From positions 192,001-256,000 of the forward strand of contig CAVTMK010000001.1 of the NCBI GenBank assembly GCA_963735805.1: a stretch of DNA of 64,000 nt, in the 5' to 3' direction. The DNA is from an uncultured Verrucomicrobiae bacterium. GTDB lineage: Bacteria > Verrucomicrobiota > Verrucomicrobiia > Chthoniobacterales > UBA10450. The notes beneath the pieces were generated by a model, which saw only the letters and a list, made by a program, of their open reading frames with translations, was not told the origin of the DNA and did no database searches. The position numbers were made by a program, and so were the translations under genes. Each line of letters begins with the position of its first letter. Within the stretch, counting starts at the first letter, position 1. Of this stretch, positions 54,579-64,000 are shown in pieces.

Positions 54579-56497
54579 TTGGAAGATTCGACGCCAAGGT
54601 TCCACCCGGACCGCTGGCCCAGAAATGGCGTAACCACCGCGACCATTCGCGGTTAGTTAGTCCGAACAATCGCCGAAAATTCGAGGTCATCGTTGTAGGA
54701 AGCGGTCTGGCTGGTGGATCAGCTGCAGCGACACTGGGCGAACTGGGTTATCGGGTGAAATGTTTTTGCTTTCAAGATTCGGCGCGCCGGGCGCATTCGA
54801 TTGCAGCGCAAGGCGGGATCAACGCGGCGAAAAATTACCAAAACGACGGCGACAGCGTTTACCGTCTCTTTTACGACACCATTAAGGGCGGTGATTTTCG
54901 TTCCCGCGAAGCGAACGTGTATCGGCTCGCTGAGATTGCCAACCACATTATCGACCAATGCGTCGCTCAGGGTGTACCCTTTGCGCGCGAATACAGCGGC
55001 TATCTTGCCAATCGTTCCTTCGGCGGCGCGCAGGTGTCGCGGACTTTTTATGCGCGTGGACAAACTGGTCAGCAGCTCTTGCTGGGATGTTATCAGGCGC
55101 TTTGTCGCCAAATCGCTATCGGCACAGTGCAAATGTTTCCGCAAACGGAGATGCTCGACCTCGTGATTGTCGAGGGACATGCCAAGGGAATCATCACTCG
55201 GGATTTGTGCTCCGGAAAAATCGAAAGGCACGCGGCGGATGCTGTCGTAATCGCCACTGGGGGATACGGAAACGTCTTTTATCTGTCTACCAACGCGCGA
55301 GGATGCAACGTCACGGCGACGTACCGTGCTTACAAAAGAGGCGCGCTGTTTGCAAATCCGTCCTTCACACAGATTCATCCGACGTGCATCCCGGTCAGCG
55401 GCGAGCACCAATCCAAGCTCACGCTCATGTCCGAGTCGCTACGAAACGATGGACGCGTCTGGGTTCCGAAACGCAAAGAAGATCGTGACAATGCGCCCGG
55501 TGAAATCTCTGAGACAGATCGCGATTATTATCTCGAGCGAAAATATCCGAGCTACGGCAATCTTTCGCCGCGTGATATTTCGTCTCGTGCGGCGAAGGAA
55601 GTTTGTGACGAAGGTCGCGGCGTGGGACCCGGCGGGCGCGGTGTCTACCTCGATTTTGCGGATGCGATTAAGCGTTTGGGAGAGCAGACGATTCGCGAAC
55701 GGTACGGGAATTTGTTTGAAGTTTACGAAAAGATCACCGGTGAAGATGCCTATAAAGTGCCGATGCGGATTTATCCCGCCGTCCATTACACAATGGGCGG
55801 CCTGTGGGTCGACTACGATCTAATGAGCAATGTGCCCGGGCTTTTTGTAATCGGTGAAGCAAATTTTTCTGATCACGGCGCCAACCGGCTTGGTGCCAGC
55901 GCTCTCATGCAAGGCCTGGCCGATGGTTATTTCGTTTTACCTAACACGCTGCCGAACTATCTCGCCGGACAGATGGGGAAGCGGCCTTCGCCAGATTGTC
56001 CGGCGTTTCGAGAAACGGAGGAAAGTGTTCACGGCAGGATCAGAAAACTTCTCAGTGTGAATGGCACTCGTCCGGTCGATTCATTCCATCGCGAGCTTGG
56101 TTTGCTTCTCTGGGACATGTGCGGAATGTCGCGTCATGAAAAGGGATTGCGGGAGGCGTTGAAGAAAATTCCCGAACTGCGAGAACAATTCTGGCATGAG
56201 GTGCGCGTCCCGGGGAATGGCGACGATTTCAATCAATCCCTGGAACGCGCCGGACGCGTTGCAGATTTCCTCGAGTTTGCCGAGCTGATGTGTTTGGACG
56301 CGCTTGAGCGTGACGAATCTTGCGGAGCCCATTTTCGCGAAGAGCATCAGACCGCCGATGGCGAAGCATTGCGCGACGACGAAAACCACACCGCGGTGTT
56401 TGCCTGGGAATTTCAAGGCGATGGACAATCTCCAAAGCTTCATCGTGAGGCGCTACATTTCGAAACGGTGCATCTGACACAAAGGAGTTATAAGTGA
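54575..56497 (+). CDS. sdhA: Succinate dehydrogenase/fumarate reductase flavoprotein
   Basis: [38 protein letters not shown]. Confidence 0.96.
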   Translation: MIGRFDAKVPPGPLAQKWRNHRDHSRLVSPNNRRKFEVIVVGSGLAGGSAAATLGELGYRVKCFCFQDSARRAHSIAAQGGINAAKNYQNDGDSVYRLFYDTIKGGDFRSREANVYRLAEIANHIIDQCVAQGVPFAREYSGYLANRSFGGAQVSRTFYARGQTGQQLLLGCYQALCRQIAIGTVQMFPQTEMLDLVIVEGHAKGIITRDLCSGKIERHAADAVVIATGGYGNVFYLSTNARGCNVTATYRAYKRGALFANPSFTQIHPTCIPVSGEHQSKLTLMSESLRNDGRVWVPKRKEDRDNAPGEISETDRDYYLERKYPSYGNLSPRDISSRAAKEVCDEGRGVGPGGRGVYLDFADAIKRLGEQTIRERYGNLFEVYEKITGEDAYKVPMRIYPAVHYTMGGLWVDYDLMSNVPGLFVIGEANFSDHGANRLGASALMQGLADGYFVLPNTLPNYLAGQMGKRPSPDCPAFRETEESVHGRIRKLLSVNGTRPVDSFHRELGLLLWDMCGMSRHEKGLREALKKIPELREQFWHEVRVPGNGDDFNQSLERAGRVADFLEFAELMCLDALERDESCGAHFREEHQTADGEALRDDENHTAVFAWEFQGDGQSPKLHREALHFETVHLTQRSYK

Positions 56498-56508
56498 GCA
56501 ATCCCTAT

Positions 56509-56572
56509 GGTAGGGCGCGACCGCCGGGCGCGACGACGAATTTGACGGACGGCTCGGCGATCCGTCCCTACC
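56509..56572. repeat. GTAG-type REP doublet between sdhA and sdhB
   Basis: GGTAGGGCGCGACCGCCGGGCGCG...GGACGGCTCGGCGATCCGTCCCTACC; the left half resembles the reverse complement of 48226-48254. Confidence 0.75.
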
Positions 56573-56582
56573 TCTCTCAACT

Positions 56583-57338
56583 ATGAATTTTCGGCTCAGA
56601 ATCTGGCGCCAAAAAGATCGACAAACGCCGGGTGAACTCGTCGATTACGAAGCGGCTGACATTTCGCCGAACACCTCGTTTCTCGAAATGCTCGACATTC
56701 TCAACGATACGTTGGTCAAGGGCGGAGCGGAACCAATCGCGTTTGACTCGGATTGCCGCGAAGGCATTTGCGGCACTTGCTCGCTGACGATTAACGGCGA
56801 ACCCCACGGACCCGATCATCCCGGCGCAGTCTGCGAGCTTTACATGAGAAAGTTTCGCGACGGCGCGACGATTACAATCGAGCCTTTTCGCGTCGGGTCC
56901 TTCCCACTGCTGAAAGACCTCGTAGTCGACCGCAGCGCGCTGGATCGCATTGTGCAGGCGGGCGGGTTCATTTCCGCGCGCACAGGGTCCGCTCCCGAGG
57001 CAAATTCGATGCTGGTTCCCAAGCACAACGCCGATCTGGCGATGGAAGCGGCAGCTTGCATCGGCTGTGGCGCGTGCGCAGCGGCTTGTCCAAATGGATC
57101 AGCCATGCTTTTCGCTGCTGCAAAGGTCTCACACCTATCGTTTGTACCGCAGGGGCATCCGGAACGAGATAGTCGGGTGCTGCGAATGGTTAGCGTCATG
57201 GATGCGGAAGGATTCGGCAATTGCACTAATACATATGAATGCGAAGCGGTTTGCCCAGCCGAAATCAGCGCCAGTTTCATTGCCAAGCTGAACCGGGAAT
57301 ACGCACGAGCGTCATTGCAGCGTAGCGCAGGCGAATAG
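56583..57338 (+). CDS. sdhB: Succinate dehydrogenase iron-sulfur subunit
   Basis: CREGICGTC, CIGCGACAAACP, CTNTYECEAVCP. Confidence 0.96.
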   Translation: MNFRLRIWRQKDRQTPGELVDYEAADISPNTSFLEMLDILNDTLVKGGAEPIAFDSDCREGICGTCSLTINGEPHGPDHPGAVCELYMRKFRDGATITIEPFRVGSFPLLKDLVVDRSALDRIVQAGGFISARTGSAPEANSMLVPKHNADLAMEAAACIGCGACAAACPNGSAMLFAAAKVSHLSFVPQGHPERDSRVLRMVSVMDAEGFGNCTNTYECEAVCPAEISASFIAKLNREYARASLQRSAGE

Positions 57339-57425
57339 GCTTAGGGCGCACGGGATCTGCGCCTAACTTTTTCCCAAACCGAAGGCCGTCTTGTAATGCC
57401 GTTATCTGCATGCGATGAAATCGCG

Positions 57426-58547
57426 ATGCCGAAAGCTAAAACCAAAGCGGCAAGCGCAAACAGTTACGCCGTACTCGGTTCCGACGAAGCAGAGGTCAAG
57501 CGCGTGGCCGCAGAGCTCGCGTCTAATCTGACCCCACCAGGCGCAGGCGATTTCGGATTGGAAGTCATTGATGGCACTGCCGATAACGCGGAGCAGGCAG
57601 AAGCGCGAGTAAGAGCGGCAATCGAGGCACTCCAAACACTGCCTTTTTTTGGCGACACAAAAGTGGTTTGGCTAAAGAATATTAATTTTCTCGGCGACGA
57701 TCAAAAGGCGCGTTCGGCGCCGGTGCAATCAGCTTTGGAGGAGTTGTCCGAGCTAATCGATGGCGGTCTCGGTCCCGGGATCACTCTGCTGATGAGCGCG
57801 ACTGAGGTGGATAAACGTCGCTCCTTTTATAAGACGCTGGTCAAACGCGCAGAAGTACAGATTTTCGACCGACTCGATTCCAGCCGAAGCGGATGGGAGG
57901 AAGAAGCGCTTGAGCTGGTTCAACAGCACGCAAAAAAAAGAAAACTCCAATTCGACGAAGACGCGCTCGATCTTTTTGTGTTGCTGAGTGGCGGCGATAC
58001 TCGACAGATCGATAACGAACTGGAAAAGATCGATACTTTTCTTGGAAAAGAGCGAGGCGTGAATGCCAAACTCGTCCGCGAGTTGGTGCCGCTTTCGCGC
58101 GCTGGTGTCATCTTCGAGCTGGGTAATGCGCTGGCGGCTCGCGACCTTCAATTATCACTGAAGCTGGTGCAACGCTTACTGGATCAAGGCGAAAGCGCCA
58201 TCGGAATCTTGCTGGTGGCGATCGTTCCCACGATCCGCAACTTGCTACTCGCGAAGGAGCTGATGGAACGATATCGCATGGCGCGACCGCACTCACCCTT
58301 TCAGTTCATCTCGGCAGTCAACCGGCTGCCGGCCGAGGCGACGGATCATTTGCCGCGCAGGAAGGATGGCTCGCTCAACGCTTACGCGCTCGGGATCGCC
58401 GCACAGCGGGCAGGTCGGTTTGAAACCGATCAATTAATTGGGGCCATGAGAGCGTGTCTCGCGGCAAATGTTCAATTGGTTACCACGCAGCTTGATCACG
58501 AACTGATCTTAACCGGGGTGGTCGTCAATCTGCTCGGAGACACCTGA
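57426..58547 (+). CDS. holA: DNA polymerase III delta subunit
   Basis: LQTLPFFGDTKVV, VDKRRSFYK, IDNELEK, IFELGNAL. Confidence 0.88.
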   Translation: MPKAKTKAASANSYAVLGSDEAEVKRVAAELASNLTPPGAGDFGLEVIDGTADNAEQAEARVRAAIEALQTLPFFGDTKVVWLKNINFLGDDQKARSAPVQSALEELSELIDGGLGPGITLLMSATEVDKRRSFYKTLVKRAEVQIFDRLDSSRSGWEEEALELVQQHAKKRKLQFDEDALDLFVLLSGGDTRQIDNELEKIDTFLGKERGVNAKLVRELVPLSRAGVIFELGNALAARDLQLSLKLVQRLLDQGESAIGILLVAIVPTIRNLLLAKELMERYRMARPHSPFQFISAVNRLPAEATDHLPRRKDGSLNAYALGIAAQRAGRFETDQLIGAMRACLAANVQLVTTQLDHELILTGVVVNLLGDT

Positions 58548-58623
58548 TTTTGCAGCCGACAACCTTCGCGAGGCACTGCTTAACGAGTTGGCGCTGCGCT
58601 TCGCACAGCGAAGCCTCCGCAGA

Positions 58624-59052
58624 TCAAGTGCTTTCCACCTGTCGCCGCGCAACCGGGCCGATGTAAGGAATGTCCCAGCGAACACCTGTAAAGGCCTTCA
58701 CGATGGTAATAATCATTATTACCAGAAACACGAGATGAACCAGCGCGGCGACGATTGCCCAGAAAAATACCAGGATGCCGCCAATACCGGGAATCGCCCC
58801 GAACACGGCATGCACGACAGCCGACACGATGTTAAAAAGAAACCACGCGCAACCAAAGATGATCGATTGCATCGCGTAAAAGCGCACGAAGGCATCTTGC
58901 TTTTCGAGGATATAAAAAATGATGCCGCCGATCAAGGGGATGCAGGCGATCGCTGCAGCTACATTTGAAGGTAAACCGGTCGATGTAGATTTTGCTGTCG
59001 CCCCAGGTTCGGGACCTGGCGGAGGAGGTTGAGTGGGCACTTCGTCTGGCAT
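58624..59052 (-). CDS. DUF4870-like membrane protein
   Basis: TGLPSNVAA...FVRFYAMQSI...IPYIG pattern. Confidence 0.75.
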   Translation of the reverse strand: MPDEVPTQPPPPGPEPGATAKSTSTGLPSNVAAAIACIPLIGGIIFYILEKQDAFVRFYAMQSIIFGCAWFLFNIVSAVVHAVFGAIPGIGGILVFFWAIVAALVHLVFLVIMIITIVKAFTGVRWDIPYIGPVARRQVEST

Positions 59053-59167
59053 GATCTACATACACAAACTGGAAAGTGTATTGTCAAGCAACTTCCTTTT
59101 GCGGAGGTCTTTTTCGCTTTCGCTCCCCAGCCTGCCAAATATCATGGGTGCCGAAGCAAGCAGATCA

Positions 59168-59833
59168 ATGACCAAAAATTCCTATTTTGCGCGTGCTTTC
59201 ACGCTGCTCGAATTGCTCGTTATCATGGCGGTCATCGCAATTCTCATATCGATCGCTTATCCGGTATATACCGGCATTCTGGAGCGTGGAAAAGTAACGC
59301 AAGATATGAACAATCTTCACCAGATCGGTATCGCTATACAGACCTATCTTAACGACAACGATCAAATTCTTCCCGATAGTCCGACCTGGCCCGGCACGAC
59401 GATAACGCCAGTGCTTTACCCGAAATACATTGGAACTAGAAAGATTTTCCAGTCGCCCTTCGATAAACGATCCAGTTTGGAAACCGATCTGGCGCCGGTC
59501 AGCTACAGCATCAACCATAATATGTATGACCCCGCAGTGGGAATAAGTCGCAACTTGATAAAAGTTGTCTCACCGGCTTCAACGTTCTTGATGGCGCCGA
59601 CATACACCGGAAACCCGACAAACGCTTCGTCATGGGCAGGCACTACTACCAGCGCACCCGATTTGCCCGTGGGCGGTACGGGCGAAACAAAGGGAACTCA
59701 CTCTAACGGCACCCGGATCAATGCCTTATTTTGCGACTGGCACACAGAAAGTCTGACATTCGGCCCGGCAGCCACGGCTGGCACATTTCAGAATACAACG
59801 CTCGCTCCATTCCATTGGGATCCCAGGCAATAA
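59168..59833 (+). CDS. Prepilin-type N-methyl protein with H-X9-DG-like C-terminal motif
   Basis: AFTLLELLVIMAVIAILISIAYP, NNLHQIG, HSNGTRINALFCDWH. Confidence 0.88.
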   Translation: MTKNSYFARAFTLLELLVIMAVIAILISIAYPVYTGILERGKVTQDMNNLHQIGIAIQTYLNDNDQILPDSPTWPGTTITPVLYPKYIGTRKIFQSPFDKRSSLETDLAPVSYSINHNMYDPAVGISRNLIKVVSPASTFLMAPTYTGNPTNASSWAGTTTSAPDLPVGGTGETKGTHSNGTRINALFCDWHTESLTFGPAATAGTFQNTTLAPFHWDPRQ

Positions 59834-60924
59834 AAAGACCGGTTTTCCAGATTGTCCTCCGTTTTGGTGGTTACGATTACCGTGCGCTGATCGGCGCGGA
59901 TTTACTCAAGCAACTGGGAGAGTATCTGGGTAAATACCTAACTGCAAAAACGTGTACTGTGGTTACCGACAACAATGTTGGACCGCTCTTCGCTAGACGA
60001 GTGGAACGAAGTCTTGCATCAGCTGGCTTTAAGCCAACGTTGATCACGATTCCAGCGGGCGAAAAATCGAAGACGCTGAAGCAAGCTGCCGCAATTTGCG
60101 ATGAGATGCTTGCTGCTGGATTGGATCGGCAATCGTTCGTTATCGGTCTCGGTGGCGGCGTGATCGGTGATATATCAGGATTTGTTGCGGCCATTTATCA
60201 GCGCGGCATTCCCCATGTTCAAATTCCAACGACGTTGCTTGCGATGGTGGACAGCTCAATCGGCGGAAAGACCGGGGTGAACACTACAAACGGCAAGAAT
60301 TTGCTCGGCGCCGTCCACCAGCCGTCACTGGTGATTGATGATGTGAATGTTTTGAAAACGTTGCCTCGCCGCGAGTTTAATCAGGGGTTCGCAGAGGTCA
60401 TCAAACACGCAATCGTCGCGGATGCAAAAATGATCGGCGTGCTTGAATCCTGGAAGGCAGGGTCGCCGGGGCGACCGCTGGCCCTGCTATCGCTGATTAA
60501 GCACAACATCAGGATTAAATCGAAAATCGTGGCGAAAGATGAGCGAGATCGCACCGGCGAACGAGCGCTCCTCAATTTCGGACACACCGTGGGTCACGCG
60601 ATTGAACGCGCGGGAAATTACCGGAAATTTCTTCACGGCGAAGCCCTCAGCTTGGGAATTGTCGCCGCGTGCGCGATCTCAATCAAAAGGGCTGGACTGA
60701 ACCCAAGGCAACGCGATGCGGTGATTGAGCTTCTGCAACGATTCGACTTGCCAACAAGATTGCCAAAAAATTTTCCACGCCAGAAGGTTTTTAACGCGCT
60801 GAAGTTTGATAAGAAATTTGAAGGCGGCAAAACCCGATTCGTCGTAACGCCGAGAATAGGCGCTGCCTATCTCACGAGCGACGTCACGCTCGACAATATC
60901 CGCGAGGCGGTAGATGAACTGTAG
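59830..60924 (+). CDS. aroB: 3-dehydroquinate synthase (start codon uncertain)
   Basis: GEKSKT, GGGVIGD, PTTLLAMVDSSIGGKTG, LNFGHTVGHAIE, HGEA. Confidence 0.95.
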   Translation: MKRPVFQIVLRFGGYDYRALIGADLLKQLGEYLGKYLTAKTCTVVTDNNVGPLFARRVERSLASAGFKPTLITIPAGEKSKTLKQAAAICDEMLAAGLDRQSFVIGLGGGVIGDISGFVAAIYQRGIPHVQIPTTLLAMVDSSIGGKTGVNTTNGKNLLGAVHQPSLVIDDVNVLKTLPRREFNQGFAEVIKHAIVADAKMIGVLESWKAGSPGRPLALLSLIKHNIRIKSKIVAKDERDRTGERALLNFGHTVGHAIERAGNYRKFLHGEALSLGIVAACAISIKRAGLNPRQRDAVIELLQRFDLPTRLPKNFPRQKVFNALKFDKKFEGGKTRFVVTPRIGAAYLTSDVTLDNIREAVDEL

Positions 60925-60970
60925 CCGCTGGCGTCGATCGCGACGGCCGGGGTCTCCGCCCCCGGCTACA
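60920..60970. repeat. GTAG-type REP doublet between convergent genes
   Basis: TGTAGCCGCTGGCGTCGATCGCG...CCGGGGTCTCCGCCCCCGGCTACA. Confidence 0.75.
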
Positions 60971-62237
60971 GACCTCGTGTCTTCGAGTAATATTCGATTA
61001 ATCCATCGGTTACGCTGTCGGCGTATTCGCGGAAAATACTTTTACGTTCGGTTCCGTTGACGTTGCGGGTTCCTTTGTAATCGCCAGCCTGAATACGAGC
61101 GAAAGCGTCGTTACTATTCATCACATAGGGCTCACAATAAATCACCGGACAACGATAAAGGCGCGTAGCGAGCAAATTCCGCGCGTACACATAACCGGTG
61201 CCACCGACTTTGGTGGTGCTGTTCGTAGTAGGATATTCATAAGCTGGTAGATGAGTTTCACGCGCCATCGCGCTGGCAATGGTGTCCGCCATTGGTAATT
61301 CCTCGTCGTAAACGCGACTCAGAAGTCGCCGAATCATTTCGAAACGTTCGTCGTCGTATTCAAGCTCCTGCGGCAAATAGGAACCGTTCACAAGAAGATG
61401 AAAATGGTTGGCGTCCGTCAGTGTCGGATTATTCGGGTCGCCCCAGCCTTCGGCATTGAAATGCAGGCAAAGGACGAGGTCGGGATGCAGTTTAAAGTTT
61501 ACCAGCGCTGCTCGACGGCGAATCTCGCTGTAGCGGTAAAATAGGATTTCGCTCTGCCAGCGAATCGTGTGCTCTTTCTCCGGATCATTTGGATCAAGGA
61601 TGTCAGCGCGGGGCTGTGGCACACCGTTTTTGATCAGCACTTTCCTGGCGAGTTCCCGAAAATCATCAGGACGTTTTGCTGTGACCGGCTCATTGCTATT
61701 CCGAACAAACAAAACTTTCGCGCCCAGTTCGCGCAATCGTGAGGCGAGCAGCCGCGCAACTTTCAAAGTCAGATCACCTTCCTGAACTGGCTGGGTATTA
61801 CCGACTTGAAACCAGCGTTCTTCCATTTTTGACCATTGGCCGCCCAAATGACCCGGGTCGAGTGCAATCCGTAAGCCTGAAAGCGGCTTGTCCTCTTTCG
61901 CGGGCGGCAACGATTTAGCGGAATTCCAGAGATGCGGCACCAGCTTGCGCGAAGCATCATTCTTCGCGAACCGCAAAATGAAAAAATTCTGTGACTCGCG
62001 GTTAGTCACAATCCGCGCTGTATCGCTGTTTACTTGGATTAAATCCGGAGCGAATCCGTGCGTGCAGTAAACGTTGTAGACTAAATGCGCGAACTCATCG
62101 TGGGTGATTGTCTCCTGATAGTGTTCAAGAAGACTCCACTTTGGTTTGCTGCCGAGAACACTGACGCTTTCCCCCGCATGCAGCGTCAGCGGAAAAAATA
62201 ACAGGAGAAATGACAACTGACGAAGGACCAGAGACAT
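60966..62237 (-). CDS. Secreted N-acetylmuramoyl-L-alanine amidase (Amidase_3-like, divergent)
   Basis: RIALDPGHLGG, QEGDLTL, RRAALVN, LCLHFNA, YCEP; signal peptide. Confidence 0.8.
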   Translation of the reverse strand: MSLVLRQLSFLLLFFPLTLHAGESVSVLGSKPKWSLLEHYQETITHDEFAHLVYNVYCTHGFAPDLIQVNSDTARIVTNRESQNFFILRFAKNDASRKLVPHLWNSAKSLPPAKEDKPLSGLRIALDPGHLGGQWSKMEERWFQVGNTQPVQEGDLTLKVARLLASRLRELGAKVLFVRNSNEPVTAKRPDDFRELARKVLIKNGVPQPRADILDPNDPEKEHTIRWQSEILFYRYSEIRRRAALVNFKLHPDLVLCLHFNAEGWGDPNNPTLTDANHFHLLVNGSYLPQELEYDDERFEMIRRLLSRVYDEELPMADTIASAMARETHLPAYEYPTTNSTTKVGGTGYVYARNLLATRLYRCPVIYCEPYVMNSNDAFARIQAGDYKGTRNVNGTERKSIFREYADSVTDGLIEYYSKTRGL

Positions 62238-62329
62238 GCGTGATTCGTAAATCGTTACACGGTCACATCGGATTGGCTATCCAACGATTCAACGTTGTAA
62301 CCTAGCAAAGCCAATACGATGATCGCAGA

Positions 62330-63184
62330 ATGCTAACGGTTCTCATCCTGGGCGATATCGTCGGTGAGTCGGGACGTACAGCCGTGATCGCCAGGCTGCC
62401 GGAACTAAAAGCGAAGTACGGCCTGGATTTCATCGTCGTTAACGGAGAGAACGCGGCTGGCGGTCGCGGTATCACGGGAAGGATCACAATCGATCTCTTG
62501 CGCGCCGGCGTCTCTGTCATTACCACCGGCGATCACGTGTGGGACCAGAAAGAAATTCTTGGGTTTATCGATACCGAGCCGCGTTTGTTGCGGCCCGTGA
62601 ATTATCCTGACGGGGCGCCGGGCAACGGATCGATCGTTCTGGAAACGGCCAAGGGAAAGATCGGTGTCATCAACGTACAAGCGCGCACATTTATGCAGCC
62701 GATTTTGGAAAACCCGTTTCACTCGGTCGAAGCAGCTGTGACGAAAATGCGCAGCGACACTGCGAACATTATCGTGGACGTACATGGTGAGACGACCAGT
62801 GAGAAAATTGCGCTGGGCCGGTTCCTTGACGGAAAGGTCTCTGCTGTGATTGGAACCCACACACACGTTCAGACCGCCGATGAGCAAATTTTTGAGGGTG
62901 GCACAGCTTTCCTGTGTGACGCAGGCATGTGCGGACCTGTGAAGTCGATCCTCGGACGCGCCATTGATCCAATTATGAACCGGTTCATCTCCAATCTGCC
63001 GGCGTCGTTTCCGGTGGCTAGCGGTGAGGTGCGCTTGCGTGGTGCACTAGTCGAAATTGACGAGAGCACTGGTCGCGCAGTGCAAATTACGCGCGTGGAT
63101 GAGCCTGGGCCCGGTGTAAATGCGTCATCGGAGCCCGAACGAAAGATCGATGTCGAGCAGGTGCCATCTCCAGAACAAACTTGA
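62330..63184 (+). CDS. ymdB: TIGR00282/YmdB metallophosphoesterase
   Basis: GDIVG..GR, NGENAAGG.G, VDVHGETTSEK, GTHTHVQTAD. Confidence 0.93.
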   Translation: MLTVLILGDIVGESGRTAVIARLPELKAKYGLDFIVVNGENAAGGRGITGRITIDLLRAGVSVITTGDHVWDQKEILGFIDTEPRLLRPVNYPDGAPGNGSIVLETAKGKIGVINVQARTFMQPILENPFHSVEAAVTKMRSDTANIIVDVHGETTSEKIALGRFLDGKVSAVIGTHTHVQTADEQIFEGGTAFLCDAGMCGPVKSILGRAIDPIMNRFISNLPASFPVASGEVRLRGALVEIDESTGRAVQITRVDEPGPGVNASSEPERKIDVEQVPSPEQT

Positions 63185-63259
63185 ACAGTTGCGCTTGCGG
63201 CTAACGATTCGCGGGCTGAACTTCGAATGGTTCAAGAACATCAACGTCCAAAAGAAATT

Positions 63260-63907
63260 ATGAATAGAATCCATGTCTTAACGTTCATCGCGACCCTGGC
63301 GCTTTGTGCTCCGCAGTTGTCGCAGGCGGAAGCCGCTAAAGAAGCCAAAGAGGCAAACAAGCTCGCTCTCGAAGGGGCCGAGGCGTCCAAGAATCAAGAG
63401 TGGGACAAGGCCATTGAGCTGCTCCGCAAAGCCACCAACCTCGACCATAAATATGCGCCGAACCTCTCTGCCGTATATCAACAACGCGCATATGTTGAAG
63501 CGACTAACGAGCAGTTTCAGGATGCCCTTAATGATTATGGCGAAGCACTCAAAATCACTTCAGACGACCCGCGCATCTACGAACAACGGGCCGCGGTGGA
63601 GATGAAAGCAAATGATATGGATAAAGCACTGGCCGACTATTCCCAGGCGATCAAGCTTAAGCCGAATGAGACGCGGTATTACCTTTACCGCAGTTACATC
63701 TACGAAACGAAGGGCGACCTTAAGAGCTCCATGGGTGACACGGAGAAAGTGCTGCAACTCGATCCTAAAAACCAGGAAGCCGTCGCGCGAAAAACCCGGC
63801 TGGAAAAGATAACCGCCTTGAGAGCCCCATTTACACCGATCCCCGCACCCTCACCGCGTCCATCGCCAGCGGCCGCGCATACGCCGCATAAGCCGCATAA
63901 GCCGTAA
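63260..63907 (+). CDS. Secreted TPR repeat protein
   Basis: Signal peptide MNRIHVLTFIATLAL; ALxDYxxA(L/I)K TPR repeats. Confidence 0.85.
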   Translation: MNRIHVLTFIATLALCAPQLSQAEAAKEAKEANKLALEGAEASKNQEWDKAIELLRKATNLDHKYAPNLSAVYQQRAYVEATNEQFQDALNDYGEALKITSDDPRIYEQRAAVEMKANDMDKALADYSQAIKLKPNETRYYLYRSYIYETKGDLKSSMGDTEKVLQLDPKNQEAVARKTRLEKITALRAPFTPIPAPSPRPSPAAAHTPHKPHKP

Positions 63908-64000
63908 CCGTTGGTCAGGCGGCAACGAGGTCGCAGTTTTTCCGCTCTATTCCACGCGTCCGTTTACCAAGATAGATCGGCTTCTCGAAAGACAATCGTG

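Noticed and set aside
59695..59745. DWH instead of DGH in the pilin C-terminal motif
   Set aside because: A single substitution in a variable family; no basis for a functional claim
60456..60487. GGCAGGGTCGCC-GG-GGCGACC hairpin inside aroB as a second coding REP
   Set aside because: Too short, and no clear length insertion relative to typical AroB; cannot be supported

Overview
Bacterial chromosomal window that looks like soil Verrucomicrobiota (Chthoniobacterales, 'Ca. Udaeobacter'-like). This assignment is my inference from gene style, not from a database search. Most of the window is housekeeping: kdsA-lptCAB, coaD-yceD-rpmF-plsX-fabH-tatD, gmd, rph, rplS-rnhB-yraN, tRNA-Arg(CCG), aceBAK, ftsK-rodZ-rimO-trxA, queED, sdhCAB, holA, aroB and ymdB. 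Stand-out regions: (1) an ~11 kb glycan-modification island (11.6-22.6 kb) built around a sulfotransferase/coiled-coil/GT2/GT4 fusion that resembles a chain-terminator-plus-ruler enzyme, with two more sulfotransferases, three SAM methyltransferases (two sharing an unnamed ~85-aa module) and a two-component system; (2) a 23S-5S operon with no 16S, with its own promoter, an expanded helix 63 and precursor stems partly made of REP-like sequence; (3) a heme/2Fe-2S class III cyclase with a non-canonical base-specificity residue; (4) a secreted 17-aa-repeat/peptidase-S74 fibre gene frameshifted in a G7 tract; (5) a stand-alone sigma-region-2-like protein upstream of aceBAK; (6) many GTAG-type REP-like hairpins that supply stop codons, one of which appears fixed in-frame inside FtsK. 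No CRISPR array, integrase or transposase was seen.
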